64,000 nucleotides of DNA from Schizochytrium sp. TIO01 (GCA_004764695.1 SMSO01000032.1:6790483-6854482), one strand, 5' to 3'; positions 1 to 11,710 are shown, counted from the first letter of the stretch. Numbers and translations are program-made. The notes: a model not told the origin generated them from the sequence alone.

Positions 1-102
1 TTGTTGTTGTTGTTCTTCTTCTTCTTCTGATTGTGAATTAATTTAAAGAAGCAAGTTGTCCGTGGGCGTGGAACTCGCTATTTGATACGCTCAAAGAACA
101 AC

Positions 103-2520
103 ATGAGCGCCGTAGGGATGTCCAAGAGTGATGCTCGGGCCGTAGAGGCACAGGAATGGGTTGAACGGGAGTTGGACAAACTCTTGCAAGAAATTGAAAT
201 GATTGGCGAGCATGTGAATGGTCAATTCCGGGTGACATTTGGAGAACTTTTCAGCGCATATGGAGATATCTCAGACACTCTAGTAGGAATTTTGATGAGA
301 GCTCAGAAACGAGGTCTGGTGGACTGGAGAGGACCAGACGCACCCTTTGCTGGTCGCGATGATAAAGTTATGATCTATTTGCTTAATGGCAAACCTATGC
401 CAAGCCAGGGCATGATGGACCGTGCTAGGCAATCGATGAAGCGTATCATGAGTTTTGGAAAGTCTTCTACACCTCAAGGTGGTGGCGGTTGGGGTAATGA
501 TGACCAATATGATGCAGGGTATGGCGAGGAAGATCAAGACCCTGAATATGTAGAGTCTCGTTTAGCTACGTATCGGACAATGCTTAAAGCTGGAGTTGCG
601 GAACCAGCTGTAAGGCAAAAGATGGTTTTAGATGGTGTTGATGAGAATCTTTTGTTTGGCCCTGGCGCCAGCGGAGGCGGTGCTGGAGGTGGTGGCGGGT
701 TTGGCGGAGGCAGTTCTTACCATGACGACCCGTATGATATCCCCCCTCCACCACCCCTAGACTTCGAAGAGCCTTCACGGCCGATCCCACCTTCACCCAG
801 AAAAGCTCCTCCTCCACCAGTGCCGGCAAGAGTTAATAGAAACGGAAGTGCATATGGTGCAAGCGCACCGTCCATGATTGAGGAGAGACCTTCAATTCAT
901 AAGCCAACACCCCCGCCGAAACCTACGCCGCCGCCGAAGAAGTCGATTGTCAAGCCAGCGCCCCCTCCCAAGAAACCTTCATATACTGCTCCTCAACGAA
1001 CTTTCACTCCTCCATCGACGCCATATACACCCCCAGCAAATTTTCACCGCGACAGTGATTATGATACCCCTTCTTCTCCACGGAACTTTGTAAGAAGAGA
1101 ATCATCTGAAAATGATGGGGGTTACCAGGGCCCAGTCGGAGAGCGAAAGCATACGCCAATGTCAATGATGCGTCATCACGGCTACACTCCAGCAAGTCCA
1201 AATCAGTCATTCATTCCAAAGCCCGAAGATGATAAACAGCAGCCCACCAATACCAAGAACGGAAGCATCTTCAAGCGGTTTTCGGGCCAGCGTCCTGGCG
1301 GTGGCCAACTTGGCTTTTTTGGGACTGCTCAGAGCGATAACCCTCGTTGTCAAGCTGGAGGTGGTGGCAACCCAAAACGATTTGTTGGAGGTGGAGGTAA
1401 CCAACGCAAAGAAAGTAAGCCTTTTGTACCTATGCCAGCAGAATCACCTTGGGCTGTAAAAAAGTCTCAAGAAGAAAGTCGCGGGGGAGGATTTCGGAAA
1501 TCCTTGCGAAGGTCTCTTGGCGGGAAAAAAGATCAACAAGCTGGTATGGCAACCCGAATTCGCCAATTTGATCAACCTGGTGGTGCTTCTGCTTCTTCAG
1601 GACCGTCTCGCAAGCCATCAAGCCCGGGTCACTCAAACGTACAGGCGAATGCAGCAAAGTTTGAAACCCCTCAAAGGAAGGAATCCCACGCTCGTGCAGC
1701 AAGTATCCGAGGGGGGCAGGACTTAGGCAAAGCCTATAACAAATTTAACAAATCACCAGCTACTGCTGCAGATACGAGCAAGGGACGTGCTAGTGTGCAG
1801 AGATTAGCGCAAGATCGTGGTCATATCAACAACCTTAAAAATGCACTTTCGGCTATGCCTGGATTCTCAAGTGAAAGTAAACCGACTCCAAAGCCATCCA
1901 TTACAGGCGGTGGTGGATACGGAGGAGGCGGAGGAGCAAGTGCCCCCTTTGGGTTTGCTGGCGCAGCCGCTGCTACTGGGGGTAGCAGCTATGGTGTCGG
2001 TAGCTATGGTGCTGGTGGGGGTTACGGAAGTGCTGATGACGACTACTACAACTCAGGAGGAGCTGGTGGTGGCTACGGGGAAGCGAGCGGCTATGGAGGG
2101 ACCGATGGGGGGTATGGTGCTGGTGCATCTGGCAGCGCCTGGGGAGCCCAAGATGACAATGGCTACTCGTCGTATGCGACACATGGGGCTTCTCCCGGGT
2201 ATGGTGGAGCTGGAGGCGCATCCCAGTTTCCAATGTTTGGTGGGAGCTCTTCTGCCGTTGGCCCTCCCCCTGGTTTTGGTTCCTCTCCTTCACCAGGTGG
2301 TGGCTTTGGGGCACCAGGAGGCGGGTTTACTCCTCCTGGCACTGCTCCTAATCTCGGTGCATCCGCCTATACAGATGGTTGGGGCACTGGAGAGGCCCAT
2401 CCTTACATGGAAGATGATTTTGGTGAAAGGCTGCAGCACGATGAGGATATGGAGAACCCCAAGCACCGCGGCACGCTTGATGATGCACCCAAAAAGAAGG
2501 GTTGTTTTCCATTCTTTTGA
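103..2520 (+). CDS. Putative actin regulator: N-terminal Costars (ABRACL-like) domain, CCDC53/WASHC3-like motif, Pro-rich and Gly/Tyr-rich low-complexity regions
   Basis: Single long ORF; first ATG at 103 (the track starts at TTG 82). VERELDKLLQEIEMIG..VTFGELF..ISDTLVGILMRAQKRGLVDW..GRDDKVMIYLL matches the Costars consensus. YRTMLKAGVAEPAVRQKMVLDGVDENLL matches the CCDC53-type motif. Multiple PPPP tracts; ends KKKGCFPFF. Confidence 0.88.
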   Translation: MSAVGMSKSDARAVEAQEWVERELDKLLQEIEMIGEHVNGQFRVTFGELFSAYGDISDTLVGILMRAQKRGLVDWRGPDAPFAGRDDKVMIYLLNGKPMPSQGMMDRARQSMKRIMSFGKSSTPQGGGGWGNDDQYDAGYGEEDQDPEYVESRLATYRTMLKAGVAEPAVRQKMVLDGVDENLLFGPGASGGGAGGGGGFGGGSSYHDDPYDIPPPPPLDFEEPSRPIPPSPRKAPPPPVPARVNRNGSAYGASAPSMIEERPSIHKPTPPPKPTPPPKKSIVKPAPPPKKPSYTAPQRTFTPPSTPYTPPANFHRDSDYDTPSSPRNFVRRESSENDGGYQGPVGERKHTPMSMMRHHGYTPASPNQSFIPKPEDDKQQPTNTKNGSIFKRFSGQRPGGGQLGFFGTAQSDNPRCQAGGGGNPKRFVGGGGNQRKESKPFVPMPAESPWAVKKSQEESRGGGFRKSLRRSLGGKKDQQAGMATRIRQFDQPGGASASSGPSRKPSSPGHSNVQANAAKFETPQRKESHARAASIRGGQDLGKAYNKFNKSPATAADTSKGRASVQRLAQDRGHINNLKNALSAMPGFSSESKPTPKPSITGGGGYGGGGGASAPFGFAGAAAATGGSSYGVGSYGAGGGYGSADDDYYNSGGAGGGYGEASGYGGTDGGYGAGASGSAWGAQDDNGYSSYATHGASPGYGGAGGASQFPMFGGSSSAVGPPPGFGSSPSPGGGFGAPGGGFTPPGTAPNLGASAYTDGWGTGEAHPYMEDDFGERLQHDEDMENPKHRGTLDDAPKKKGCFPFF

Positions 2521-3195
2521 AAGCTAGAAAGAAAACGTTGTCGATATTGGATTTTTTGTAAATCTGGAAAGAATGTCAAAAGTTTATAATAGGTCATTCG
2601 ATTTTGCGATTTATGTGTTTTGTCAGAAAAGATGAGCAAGGCTTGAAGATTGCATTTTCTAGCTTGTTTCACTTTGTCAAATTAGAGTGAGTTCTTCTAC
2701 AATACTGTATTATGATGTCTCGGATAAAAATCAAACACCCTACTAAGTTGTTATTAGTCTAATGTGATATTTTATTGTAGTGTCTACAAATTTTGAATAG
2801 TATGAAATCAGACGCACAGATTGGACAAACAATTCTCAAAAGTGTCGTAGCTACCTTCCAGTGATATGCGGGGCTTTTTAGTGTTTCTCGCCAAAATCCT
2901 CCCCGCCAATCTCTGTATTTGATGAGATATTAATTACACTTTGCATTTCCTACTTCTTCTTCATCCTTCACATCTGATGAGTCGCTGTGATTTTGTTGTA
3001 TTGCACCTTTGTAATAGCTTTTGTTTGAATAACGCTAGATTTCATTCACATGTATATCTAGTCTTGACATTAGTTCGGCCTTGTTTTGCGAAAGAATATC
3101 TTGCACTTTATGGAATTATTCCTGGCATCTTTTTTAATGGTTTATTATGATTATTATAAAATTGCAAAAGAGCGTCAACAAAACCAATTTTTACC

Positions 3196-3747
3196 ATGCG
3201 CGACGCGATTGCTTCTGGCTTTTGCGCAGCTGTCGCAGCTTGCGCAGGCAAGGTGCGTTTCTTGTTAGGAGTAGCACGGATGGAATCATGTAGGAATGCT
3301 GACAATATTAGTTGTGTGTTTTAGGTAGCCTTTGGCGAACCCGCAGAGCAGCTTGCTCATGGTGCGGTTGAGATGGCAGGGCTAAGCTCTGCTGCGCCGT
3401 TAACAGTGCCAGGGATTGCAAGTATTGGCATGCCGATAATTGTGCTGTGGATAATCCGTGCAGTTTTTGCAGGCCTCATGTTGAGTTTGAATGGGGCAAT
3501 GATTTCATTGTACGTGCGTGCGCTAAGTACAGCAGGGACTTTAGTTGGGACTGTGACGAACACGGCAGTAAATGTTTTGGCATCATCACTATTAGGCCAG
3601 GTTATTTTTGGGGAACGCGTTGGATCTTTGTGGCTTATGGGTGCTTTTATCACAATTATAGGCATTGCGTTTATTCAAAAAGCGCTAGAAAGCGATAAAA
3701 AGACCTCTACTTATTCTCGTTCCAATATTGCGAAAAAGCAAGATTAG
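3196..3747 (+). CDS. TMEM42: TMEM42-like small membrane protein (DMT/EamA superfamily), 2 exons: 3196-3252 and 3325-3747
   Basis: Exon 1 MRDAIASGFCAAVAACAGK splices in frame to VAFGEP..., which runs into ORF 3373-3747 (NTAVNVLASSLLGQVIFGERVGSLWLMGAFITIIG). Both the N-terminal GxxAAxAxxxxKxAFG motif and the C-terminal part match TMEM42. Confidence 0.85.
3253..3324 (+). other. Spliceosomal intron (72 nt, phase 0)
   Basis: AAG|GTGCGT donor, GCTGAC branch-point-like site at 3298-3303, TTTTAG|G acceptor; removal restores the TMEM42 frame. Confidence 0.85.
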
Positions 3748-4085
3748 TTGAATCTTTTCACAGTTTCCTCCTGTACATTGATTTAAAGCGAGTAAAAGAG
3801 AGGTCAACACTCTCGCTATGAAGCATAGAGTCAGTCGCATGATTTCGTGTCGTTCGATGTTACATTTTTACACCCACAGAGACAGAGAGCGTTGTGTTTT
3901 TGAAAAGAAAAAAGAAATAAATGGTACCACTACTACTTAGTGCAAATAACAGAAAATGCATCTTGAATCTAGTACATACATATGGATACATAGTCTAGCC
4001 CCATTGGACCATAGCTGACAATTTCACACAAAGTACGATATCATAATTTGTACTTTTGTGCAATGATCTTTGTCAAAAAGAGGTC

Positions 4086-5810
4086 TTACTCCCCAATAAT
4101 GTCAATTGAGCCGCTTGCGGATAATCTACGCATTCGATCTGACGATTCTTCTTGGCTAATCATGAAACTAAGTGCAATCACAATTGTGAGAGTGAATACA
4201 ACATCTCCAAATGCCATGAACTGTGAATGGTAAAGGGCGAGGGAGTCGGTAATGAAGAGACGCACGAGCATAGATCTTCTAAACCAAATAAACGCTCGCT
4301 TGCGACGATTCCAATAAGCTTCATTGGAAAGGCGAACATGCGTAGGACTATTGCTTGCTCTGAGGCAACACAAGCATGAACAGCGGCGAGACCAGAAGGA
4401 TGAGCATTGACAAGCTGAGGACAAATAGTATACTCCACCAAGAACACAGAAGGCAGATATACTGACAGCGATGAGTTGAAAAATATGAAGTTTCGTGACT
4501 TTGTCGGTCTCCTCGAGTAGCAAAGTATCAGAAAGCTTTCCACTAGCAATTTCACGAAGAAATTTCATGACTGGAGATACAAGCAAATGATCAGCAAAGT
4601 CCTGGTCATCTGGAATGAGTTGATGTGAACCATCGATGCCACTTGCAACATTACCAGTGTGCGGATCGATATGTTTATAATACGATCCATCAAGCAGAAG
4701 GTACAGGAGGTCAAACATCTGCGTGAGACATTGCAAAATGAAAAAAATATTCACGCAGTAGGTCGTCCAGCGGTAACGCGTGAAAGAAGCATACCTCTTC
4801 GAAATCCATCGCCGGAATTGAAGATAGTAGTGCTCGCGCGAGGTAAGAACGCCAGAGGCGGATACTGGTAGGTGCACGTACTCTCGCAATGGCTGCACAA
4901 TGGGGTGGTTCGAATCGCAACCTTCAATAAGCTCGATGAGGAGCAGTCGACTTTCCTTGGAGAGACCAGCAGTTGAATACACACTCATAAGATTCATGGC
5001 GTTGGCGAGGTTCTCCGATGCGGTGAAGCGTTCTGGGCTGAAAAGGGGCTCAAAAATCTTAAGAAAGACAAAAAGCACACAGAACCCAATGTACAGAATG
5101 AACGGGGTAGGTTTGAAGAAATAGTCATTGTCGGAGGTAATAAATTTGCCCAGCTCATCAATAAATGTGCCAAAGCCAATACCACCAAGTACCGCAGAGA
5201 GGCGCTGTACACGTCTGCCGAGGAAGCCAAAGCTCAGAAGTTGCGAGCCAAACATCATTAGGCCTCCCCAGAGCATGTGTGCGATATGGATGCCGTTTCC
5301 ACCAAGCTGAGGGTATCCGGTGGCATACAGGCCTACCCGAATGAGCAAAATGGTCACTGCAGAGCACACGAGATACATTTCCACCTGTAACGGGAAATCT
5401 TCATTTCTGAGCAAGAAACCTTCTGATCTAAAGATTTCCGCACAGCTTCGAATATTTCCCGGGCAGCACCTAGATCTTCTCTCGTGCGAAGCCTCGAGAT
5501 CGCCATCATTCAGTGTGGCATGGTGGTGCAAATGCAGTTGTGGCATCGGGTTTCCTGGCACACCAGCCAGGTTCGCTTTTAGTCTCCTTTCAGTTTCCAG
5601 ACGAGCCAGCAAGTTCATGTCTTCATCTTCGCCTTCCGTATCTTCATCTTCTTCAGGACCCATGTCTCTCTTCGAACTATCCTGCAAGTTTGTCGGACTT
5701 GACACCACGTACGAGTGTTGTTGAAACGGGACAGTGGCCACTCCTGTCGATCCACTCGCTGTGGAGGTGCCGTTAGCTGCAGTACCTGTCGAGCTAATCC
5801 GCTTAAACAT
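4086..5810 (-). CDS. Multi-pass membrane protein with a core resembling an uncharacterised bacterial integral membrane family, plus an acidic/disordered N-terminal extension
   Basis: 574-aa intronless ORF with several hydrophobic segments. Conserved-looking block TGYPQLGGNGIHIAHMLWGGLMM...GGIGFGTFIDELGKFITSDNDYFFKP. Confidence 0.85.
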   Translation of the reverse strand: MFKRISSTGTAANGTSTASGSTGVATVPFQQHSYVVSSPTNLQDSSKRDMGPEEDEDTEGEDEDMNLLARLETERRLKANLAGVPGNPMPQLHLHHHATLNDGDLEASHERRSRCCPGNIRSCAEIFRSEGFLLRNEDFPLQVEMYLVCSAVTILLIRVGLYATGYPQLGGNGIHIAHMLWGGLMMFGSQLLSFGFLGRRVQRLSAVLGGIGFGTFIDELGKFITSDNDYFFKPTPFILYIGFCVLFVFLKIFEPLFSPERFTASENLANAMNLMSVYSTAGLSKESRLLLIELIEGCDSNHPIVQPLREYVHLPVSASGVLTSREHYYLQFRRWISKRYASFTRYRWTTYCVNIFFILQCLTQMFDLLYLLLDGSYYKHIDPHTGNVASGIDGSHQLIPDDQDFADHLLVSPVMKFLREIASGKLSDTLLLEETDKVTKLHIFQLIAVSISAFCVLGGVYYLSSACQCSSFWSRRCSCLCCLRASNSPTHVRLSNEAYWNRRKRAFIWFRRSMLVRLFITDSLALYHSQFMAFGDVVFTLTIVIALSFMISQEESSDRMRRLSASGSIDIIGE

Positions 5811-7076
5811 CGGGTTTCCCTAGCAGTGCTCCCCTCAAGTCTCCAGACGCCTCCGAGAGACGCTACAACCGTAGATCTCCTTTGCTTTGGCCACGCAGGC
5901 ACGTTAAGGGTATTATGCTCTCTCTCGCGCATTACATGACGTACCTACTAAATGTCTCTTTAATACCCCTATGTAGCTGCTACTGGGTACAGATGATTAG
6001 GTACTGTTGTATAAAACTCTAGATAAATCGTGCAATCCCAAACTGGAGATCTGAGCAACAACGACAAACAGACACAGTATAGCTTCGACGCAGAGTAAGT
6101 ATGGCGTCTTGGCTTTAAAAATCCACGTTATGGTGACGATAGCAAGATGCATGCTAAAGTTGAGTTGTGAAGAACATTCTCAATACACGCGCACTTTTTC
6201 AATTTCTTACGTAGTTATCTTCAAGATAACGTGTGCAGAAGCTCAAGAACACCGAGACCAGGGTCGGTTGCTTTCGGCTATTGTGAGTTCTCGTGGGCAT
6301 CAAAAGGACCTTGGGAAGACAAGGTGCTCTAGGGAATTCTTTAGCAGTGGCAGCGACAGAAAGCACGGAATTTCAAGAGGCGAGGAAAGAAGGAGAGCAA
6401 CAATTTACGAGATAAAGAAGAAATAGTAGGAATGATAAGTGTAAAGCAGTGGATTCCAAACCTTAAATACGTTGTCTGTCATTATGATAGCTGCGTTTTA
6501 TAGGAATAGCTCTGAGTAGGGTTGTTCTAATCTGAATGCAATCAAACAGCTTCATCGTAATATGTTTCACACACTGTTACAGATGTGAAACATGCTCAAA
6601 GCAAGTGCTCTTTGTGCGTTTGAAGAAATGCCGCAGCAGTTGAATGTACAACATAACTGAAACTGACGTGCAAATCAATAACACTTAGGGCCAAGAATTC
6701 CATCACCTCGCAGGAAAGTTTGTGAGTGTGCACTTGCTAAGATCAGGGTTCCGAGGGGACGATGCGAATATGAATTGAGGTAGGGATGATATTATTCTTA
6801 TAGACGCACCTTCCAAGCAATCACTACTCTACAATGCAGCTATGATGGTTGAAAGAGCAAAGTACATTTGAAGTATTTTAGTGAGTGCACTTTTGCTTTC
6901 GCCAGGGGTTTTATCCAATCAGCAAAATCATTGCATACCTATGGCCATCCTTAAGCTATATTCGTGAGAATGGGCGTCTTATAAGTCACTATGATGACGA
7001 CATTTTCATCTCGTAGGCCTAGACCTGGGTTTAGCGAGTCTCTAGAGGTAGTAGGCAGTACTAGTTTGGGCTCATC

Positions 7077-7135
7077 GCGGTCCCACTCAATCCTTCTGCT
7101 TGTTCTGGTTCTTGCGGTCCCACTCAATCCTTCTG
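7077..7135. repeat. 22-bp direct repeat, two copies, 15-bp spacer
   Basis: GCGGTCCCACTCAATCCTTCTG at 7077-7098 and 7114-7135. Confidence 0.9.
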
Positions 7136-10100
7136 TTTTTTTTCTTTTTCTTCTTCTTCTTCTGATGGTGCCTAGACGATAACAAATTTGTTATCACCAC
7201 ATGGGAACAAAGGATTGAAAGTACCTTAGTAGTTACCTAAATATAACGCAAAAACCTCACTCAACAAGAAGCCAAGGTCGCACGGACGAATCACAAACGG
7301 CCCACGAACAATGATTCACCTTTCGACGCGCTTCGGTGTATATATTATGCGAATTGCAGGCAGATCAGTATGAGATGAAATTGTGCAATTCGACAAATTA
7401 GTACGATTACTATGCTAAACACTAGCGGTTTCGACATGTGAGCCCGCTTCCAGTCGTTGCGTCCTTTGGTCAAGACTATAATTTTACAATCCTTTTTACT
7501 CAATAAGAAGAACCTCATGCACGTAAAATGCAAAAAATTATTGCGTGGCACCTTTCTGAGCAAGGTGGGCTTCTCGTGAACCGAACATGAGGAAAACAGT
7601 GCCGCAATATTTAATTCCTGTGTTTCTCTTCTATTCAACCTCTATCTTCAGAGCACCACCGAGCTTTAATTGAAAAGCATTAGCTCACAGGGGTGACGAC
7701 GATCACAGACGACATTTGCTTGCTGACTTATTTCCAGTTTTTACTACAAATATATAAACTTCTTAATAAGCATCGTCATCGAAGTTCGTCTCCTCTCCTC
7801 TAACAGGAAGAAACCAAAACTCGAAACTTAGATACACAATTTCACGAATGAGGCTTATGACCCTCAAAAACCTTGCCACATCACCCACGATCACAATCAC
7901 AAGCAACACACATTTCCCGTTCAAGTTCTCTTCTTAAATTCGAAACAAAGTTCTAGGTAGCACTAGTGGGTAGGTAAGAGGACAGTCACTCTCGTGTCCT
8001 GGCCATTGAGTTTGTGTTTTCTTCTGCTCGCTAGCTTGAGCTGTACTACAAAAGCATAGAGATGGGAGCAGCCTCAGTTTCTTTATTGAAACAAGCAGCA
8101 CTCGAAGAAAATAGAAAATAGAAAGTTGTGAACGAAGATTGGACCCTGTTCAAGGTCATGCCATGCTTTCATTGCGGAGCATGATGAGCTGTATAGCTGA
8201 TTGGGTAGACTTGGCTTTGCCTTGTCGTACCTTGGTTTCCCACACATGCTGAGTATTACAGAGTGTTTTCTAATGCGTTATCACCATTTGAGAGAGAAAA
8301 AATTGCCTACAGGCCAATACTTTTTCTTTTCTCTTTACAATTTTTAATCAAAAATGAAGTCATTCCCATTTATTGATCCATATATTCTCTCTTTTCAGTA
8401 CATTCTTTTCTTTCCATTTGTTCTTTTTGCATCATTTTGATAAATGACGTAGTAGCACTACTCCCTGTTCACTGACCTTTTCCATGCAATTTCTGCTGTT
8501 ACTGCTCATGTTCTTAAATTTCACGAAGATATCTTCTCAACGGAGCTTCAGCAGCCTCGAAGGGCCTTCTCTCCGCCCCATCTCCTCTGTTCTACTCAGC
8601 ATCTAGACACCCCCCCCCTCTCTCTCTCTACATGGATTTATTCAGTTTATTAAAAAAAAATATATATATATTTTTAAAAAATGTCTAAGTGAGTCAACTA
8701 TGATGTATCGGGTGCGGAATTTGACTTGTTGTCAGATTGTAGCATTTTCAACTCTTCAAGTTGGACGCAAGCAAGTGAGCCGCCAGGATGTAGAGCGCTG
8801 GCGTGGTAAGCGCAGCTCTGTCCCCACCCTTCAAATCCCCACCACTACCCATGATGCAAGCAATTATCATCTCTGCACTTCTGCCCGCAACGCACACGAA
8901 GAGGTGCCGGACATTGTGCTCTTGTAAAATTAAACTTATTATTTTGTTCTTTACCATTCAGAAGAAATTGCAACGCCCGCCATTCTCGGCTGCCGCGTTG
9001 GTCTCGCTGATCTCGCAACCGTTTAAGGCAGACAGCTTTCGTAAACCGGCGATTTACAACAAAACAAGAAACACCTGCTGTAGGAAATTGAGGCAATGAC
9101 TGATTAGGCTGACAAGGAGATGTAGCAGACTCCATTCAGGCGCTGGAGGCGACACTGATCGTGAACCGTGTTGGACTAACTTCCTCCGGCTTTGAAGTGG
9201 GATGAATGGCCAAAATAAAAGCAAAACATCATTTTAAAAAAATGTTTTTAGTTTTTTTTTCAAATAAATTCTAAACAAGAAAAAGCTTGCTCAGGAACGG
9301 TCAAAAACCATGGAAAAGACTTCCCACGGCAGCTTTGGCAGCGGCTTTTTAACCGAGTAGTAACATATGCTGCGCTCGGAAATTCTGTTGAAATAGCAAT
9401 TCAACTTAATACAACAGTGCCACGGGCCTAGCGCCAATTCTGACCTCTCTTTGGAGTTTTATTAAGCTGTTACTTAGAACACGCATCTGCTCTGATACTA
9501 GCTAGAGGTGGGTACGCACCTAGGTGCAGTTAGGAACGTTCACTTCATTCGTCCCATTTCGGATAAATCGGCTAAACTAGTGATCACACTTCAGAACCCA
9601 CGTGCTGGCCTCGGCGTTTCCAAGTGTAAGGTGGGTAGGTTCTTCCGTTAATTTCTTCATTTTCACTTTTTGCAAATTAACCAACCGCCCTTCTTTGGCG
9701 CTAGAGTTTGAGACTTATGTATCCTGGAAGTGATCTGATTATCGCTGGTTAATCGCCAGAGTTTCTGGCTAAGTAGCCGAGAGTGACAGCAAACCACCAT
9801 GCGAAATTACAATAACACCAATGTGCCATAGAATCACCAATAATTGGTGCTGCGACGCTATGTTATTTACTTGTATAAATATAAATATATATATATATAA
9901 TTTTTTAAAATAATATAAAAAGCACCTTCAAGTTGGAACTTTTAAACTTTTACTTTAAAAATCCTGTTCTGGCAATTTCAAATAATGTTTGTATTTTATG
10001 TTTATTAAAAATAAACATAAAAAACCATGTTTAAAATAAAAATAATTTTTTAAAGCGATACTACCTAGCTAGCTAGCTACGTACTCACCGGAAACTAATC

Positions 10101-11454
10101 AAAGGAGAGAAGAAAAAATGAAATATACTTTGAGGTATTATTATACCTTAGTGTTTAGGATAGAAGGCCACCATTTTAAAGTTTCCTTTGCTTGGTGCAG
10201 TTCTCAAGGTTTCACAGTGTAGTATGAGATATTAGCACAGTGGAGAGGACTTTTCCTGGGCATCTGCTCGGTTATGATAGATAGTACATGGAGATTTTCA
10301 TGTCGTGAGGCTATCTATGAGTTTTAACAATGGCATCTGCACATTTCTTTGAAAGAGGCGGACGATTGCAGCATGTCGTGTGTTGTGGGCAAAAGGAAGG
10401 GCGTGCGTGTCCTATGGATACAAAAAAACAAATCGTGAAGGGGAGAGTTTTCTTCATTGTTAAACGGAGAAGAAGGAGTGCTCATGTAGCTTATCTTCTC
10501 ATTTTGTTTTATTTTTGCGAAATTATATGAGCCATAATGTGGGAGTACCAGTGCATGTGAGAGTTATGAGCTGCGGTGGCAATATATAAAAAACGAGACG
10601 TGCGTGCGTGAACTATTTTCGTTGTAATTCTCTGCGCCGCTCCTCATTTTTATCAACAGAACCTGAGAGTGAAGCTACGAGGAGGCCTTTCATCAGCCAG
10701 CAGATCAAGTTTTATAAATTTTTGCACATGACTGTTGTCGTACTGGCCCTAGATCATTGTCAACTTTTTCGAAGCAGCTCGATGAAAACCGTTTCATTTG
10801 ACCTGAAAATCTACCATACTGTCGATTACATGTATCCACGCATTGGGAAAGTTTCTACATGAGCGCTGCCATTTATGTGTGTATGGTCTCCAATTTCATT
10901 GCAAGCAAATGAAGCGTATTAGTTACTGCACATTTGAGTCCGAATTCCAGCCCAGCTTAGACAGCGAGCACACGAATGGAGAAACGAACCATTGATTGAA
11001 TGAGTGAACGAAGAAGAGAATGGATGAGTATAAGCTTAAGAGTTGGCGACTTCCTTTAGCACGGGAACGAACCTATGGCACGAGAAAAGCGCCCAGAACT
11101 AAACGAAAGAAAGAAAGAAAGAAAGCAAGCCAATAAAGCACACAGCTCCACTTTGAGGAAGGGCTGTAACCTCGGAAGCTCTGCTTTCTTCCTGGTTTCC
11201 TTTCCATTGGCCTCTCTTCAAGTCCATCACCTGTTCACAACCCATGATACCGGCGAATGACGTCCACCTTTGCACGCTGGCGACTCCATCTCTGCTACTT
11301 ATTACCCCTCTGTCTGTGCACGTCACTATTCTCCTGTTATCCAAACTAAAAATCAAAAGGGCCTTACTTACCCTCAATTGTCCTGAGTTTCTTTTTTTTC
11401 TTATCTATGGCCTCCTGAAAATACTATCATAGGATATGTTTATCCATGCCTAAT

Positions 11455-11550
11455 GAATGAATAAACAAACAAATAAACAAATAAACAAACAAACAAACAA
11501 ACAAACAAACAAACAAACAAACAAATAAATAAATTAATAAATAAATAAAT
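11455..11550. repeat. Compound (AAAC)n/(AAAT)n microsatellite
   Basis: Direct reading. Confidence 0.95.
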
Positions 11551-11663
11551 TACTTAAGGAGCCAGAGAGAGCGAGACAGAGATGGAGGCCTTGCTCTCTC
11601 GCTTCCTTGTAAAGCCGCTCCTGACAGACTTGCTTGTCCGGGCAGCAGCCACTTGGGCGCCTG

Positions 11664-11664
<1 letters not shown>

Positions 11665-11708
<44 letters not shown>
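11665..11708. repeat. (CT)n microsatellite
   Basis: Direct reading, about 22 units. Confidence 0.95.

Positions 11709-11710
<2 letters not shown>

Noticed and set aside
1817-2527. 236-aa alternative-frame ORF, and antisense ORFs such as 17340-17924 and 21149-21628
   Set aside because: Shadows of GC-rich real CDSs with no recognisable motifs.
2971-3010. CTGATGAGTC as a hammerhead ribozyme core
   Set aside because: No stem II closure or downstream GAAA; the other CTGATGA sites checked also lack the fold.
7077-7135. 22-bp direct repeat with spacer as a mini CRISPR array
   Set aside because: Only two copies, 15-bp spacer, eukaryotic context and no cas genes; a local duplication.
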